A stretch of 64,000 bases of DNA from Neoechinorhynchus agilis (taxonomy: Eukaryota > Animalia > Acanthocephala), in the NCBI GenBank assembly GCA_051530055.1, contig CM121341.1:620001-684000 (forward strand). Reading direction: 5' to 3'. Below are positions 62,506 to 64,000 of this stretch, one piece after another. The notes beneath the pieces were generated by a model, which saw nothing but the letters and a program-made list of their open reading frames with translations, was not told the origin of the DNA and did not search any database. How positions within the stretch are numbered: position 1 is the stretch's first letter; each line of letters starts with the position of its first letter. The position numbers were made by a program, and so were the translations under genes.

Positions 62506-63411
62506 ACGTTGCGCGCACATGCCGAGAGCTGCGACGGCGACTGGTTTGAACAGCCGTAAGAGAAAAGAGACGAGGAGGAGAAGGGGTGCCGTTGCTTCTA
62601 GAGAGGAATGCATGAAGAGTGCGAGCAGTTTTAATGCTCTCCTAGAGGAAGGGAGATCACGGCGAAAACGTGGATGTATCAACTTACAAACGTACCAACT
62701 CGAACAACCATGCACTGAACGGTCAGACGTTGTTGAACGAATCCGGTTCATTGAACGGCATAGTCTTCGGCCTATCGCGACCATGCTTTATCCACCAACG
62801 TTCCACAGTGCTCTCATGAAAAGGTCAGCTCTTGGTCTCTCTTTTTGGTTGTGGTGACAATGCTTTTAGCCGTGTCCAGGCCAAGTCAAACTACAAGTCA
62901 AATGAGTAGCGGTCAAACCAATTTGAGAGCTTTGTCCGCTATAACCGAACAAACCGAATCCGTCAATCAAACTCCTACGAGACTTGATGAACGTTTACGT
63001 TGTGGAATATGCGATGAGCTAGTTGGAAGTATGCCGAATCGATTAAGACCGCCGTCTTCAGTCGTCCTGACTTGCTCGAGTTGTGTCCGACCTCACCACG
63101 TTGGATGTCTTCAAATGCATCAAACAATGGCCCGTCAGGTTAAAAAGTACAAGTGGCAATGCGTGAATTGCAAGACTTGTACCGTGTGCACCCGGAGCTC
63201 GGACGCACAGTCCTTAATGATGTGCGACCGATGTGATCGTGGTTTCCATTCGTTTTGTGTTGGAATCATTAGTGTTCCGGACGGGAAATGGACTTGTGAG
63301 GATTGCGGGTGCGTTGGAGCATTCAAAACGAAAACAAAGCGAAATGGAACGGTACTATTAGAGAATGAACCAGTCGTGGACGCGAACGGAGACAACAAAC
63401 GAAGGCGGTGA
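62506..63411 (+). CDS. PHF10: PHD finger protein 10 / BAF45a-like (double PHD finger); 5' end unresolved
   Basis: MKSASSFNALL....KRGCINLQTYQLEQP matches the PHF10 AAEFNS...FDLQTH.IQVP block. A phase-2 intron at 62824-62879 leads to CGIC...CSSC...HVGCL...YKWQCVNCKTC..C...CDRCDRGFHSFCVG...PDGKWTC. Confidence 0.85.
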
Positions 63412-64000
63412 TCGCCGCGTGTGCTGTGTACAAATCAAAAAAAGGATTTTGGTTCCTTCGCAGGGAAACTCTTTGTTGGTCAATTTATACGATCCGTTGA
63501 TGGGTTTTTTATTACACTGAAATCTTGTGCAATCGTTTGAGAAAACGGCGGTACACAGATTGTGTCGCTTACTCACCCTTTTCATGAAATCCACGGAGCA
63601 TCCTTCGAAAACACGTACATGGCTTGCCGCCGTGATGACTTGTGGTGATGAGGGGCAATTCCGACTTTTTGCTCTTGCCTGAATCGACTTGATTAATCTT
63701 TCTAGTGTAGCAATTCGGTTCATTGATTTTTCTTGTGAGAAAAGGTGTCTTTTTCGTCGTAAAAACCAGTTTGAAGTCTTCTTTCACTTAAATATTGAAC
63801 TCTTGATCCTTTTTTGTTTAGAAAAGTTAAGTTTCTTAGGACACTGTTCTTATCAATCCCGTCGTTTCATTTGCTCGTAAATGCTCGAAACAATCCAACC
63901 AATAATCAAACATTGTAACAACGCAATTGTTCGCTTCATAGACGAACTTTATATAGATCGAAATTTAAAAAAATCAATGTTGCTTACCAGTAACTGTAAT

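Noticed and set aside
63420-64000. Minus-strand ORFs at the window end
   Set aside because: May be the 3' part of a gene extending beyond the window, but no family is recognisable.
1-64000. Strand bias of TE insertions (piRNA-cluster-like)
   Set aside because: About nine minus versus seven plus insertions, so no real bias.
1-64000. Non-standard genetic code
   Set aside because: Conserved genes end at TAA or TGA in the expected positions. Most in-frame stops are explained by introns or decayed TEs.

Overview
Eukaryotic, AT-rich genomic DNA, most likely from a compact-genome invertebrate animal; the taxon cannot be determined from this window. It uses the standard genetic code and has mostly 35-60 nt GT-AG introns. 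Recognisable host genes: TRAPPC8, a divergent cullin-like sequence, PET100, ATPase inhibitor IF1, HTATSF1 (Tat-SF1), an intronless secreted DUF4139 protein, VPS50, TCF25, tRNA-Ser(GCT), QTRT2, Hikeshi and PHF10. Roughly half the window is mobile or repetitive DNA. This includes Penelope-like elements with five minimal hammerhead-ribozyme motifs, CR1/L2-group LINEs (four large copies plus a fragment), I-group LINEs, two CRE-clade RLE retrotransposons, Ty3/gypsy and RTE fragments, a tRNA-derived SINE pair and a hairpin MITE family. There are also two satellite arrays (158 bp x ~19, derived from the MITE, and 76 bp x ~50). The most notable observations are: a Penelope insertion with a 13-bp TSD, inverted ribozyme-bearing ends and an in-frame 270-bp x5 amplification; a non-coding palindrome with a hammerhead on each strand; an HTATSF1-IF1 pair only 39 nt apart with a splice acceptor abutting the IF1 ATG; and a bacterial-type DUF4139 gene. 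All family assignments come from motif recognition by eye, with no database searches. Exon boundaries are given only where I traced them.
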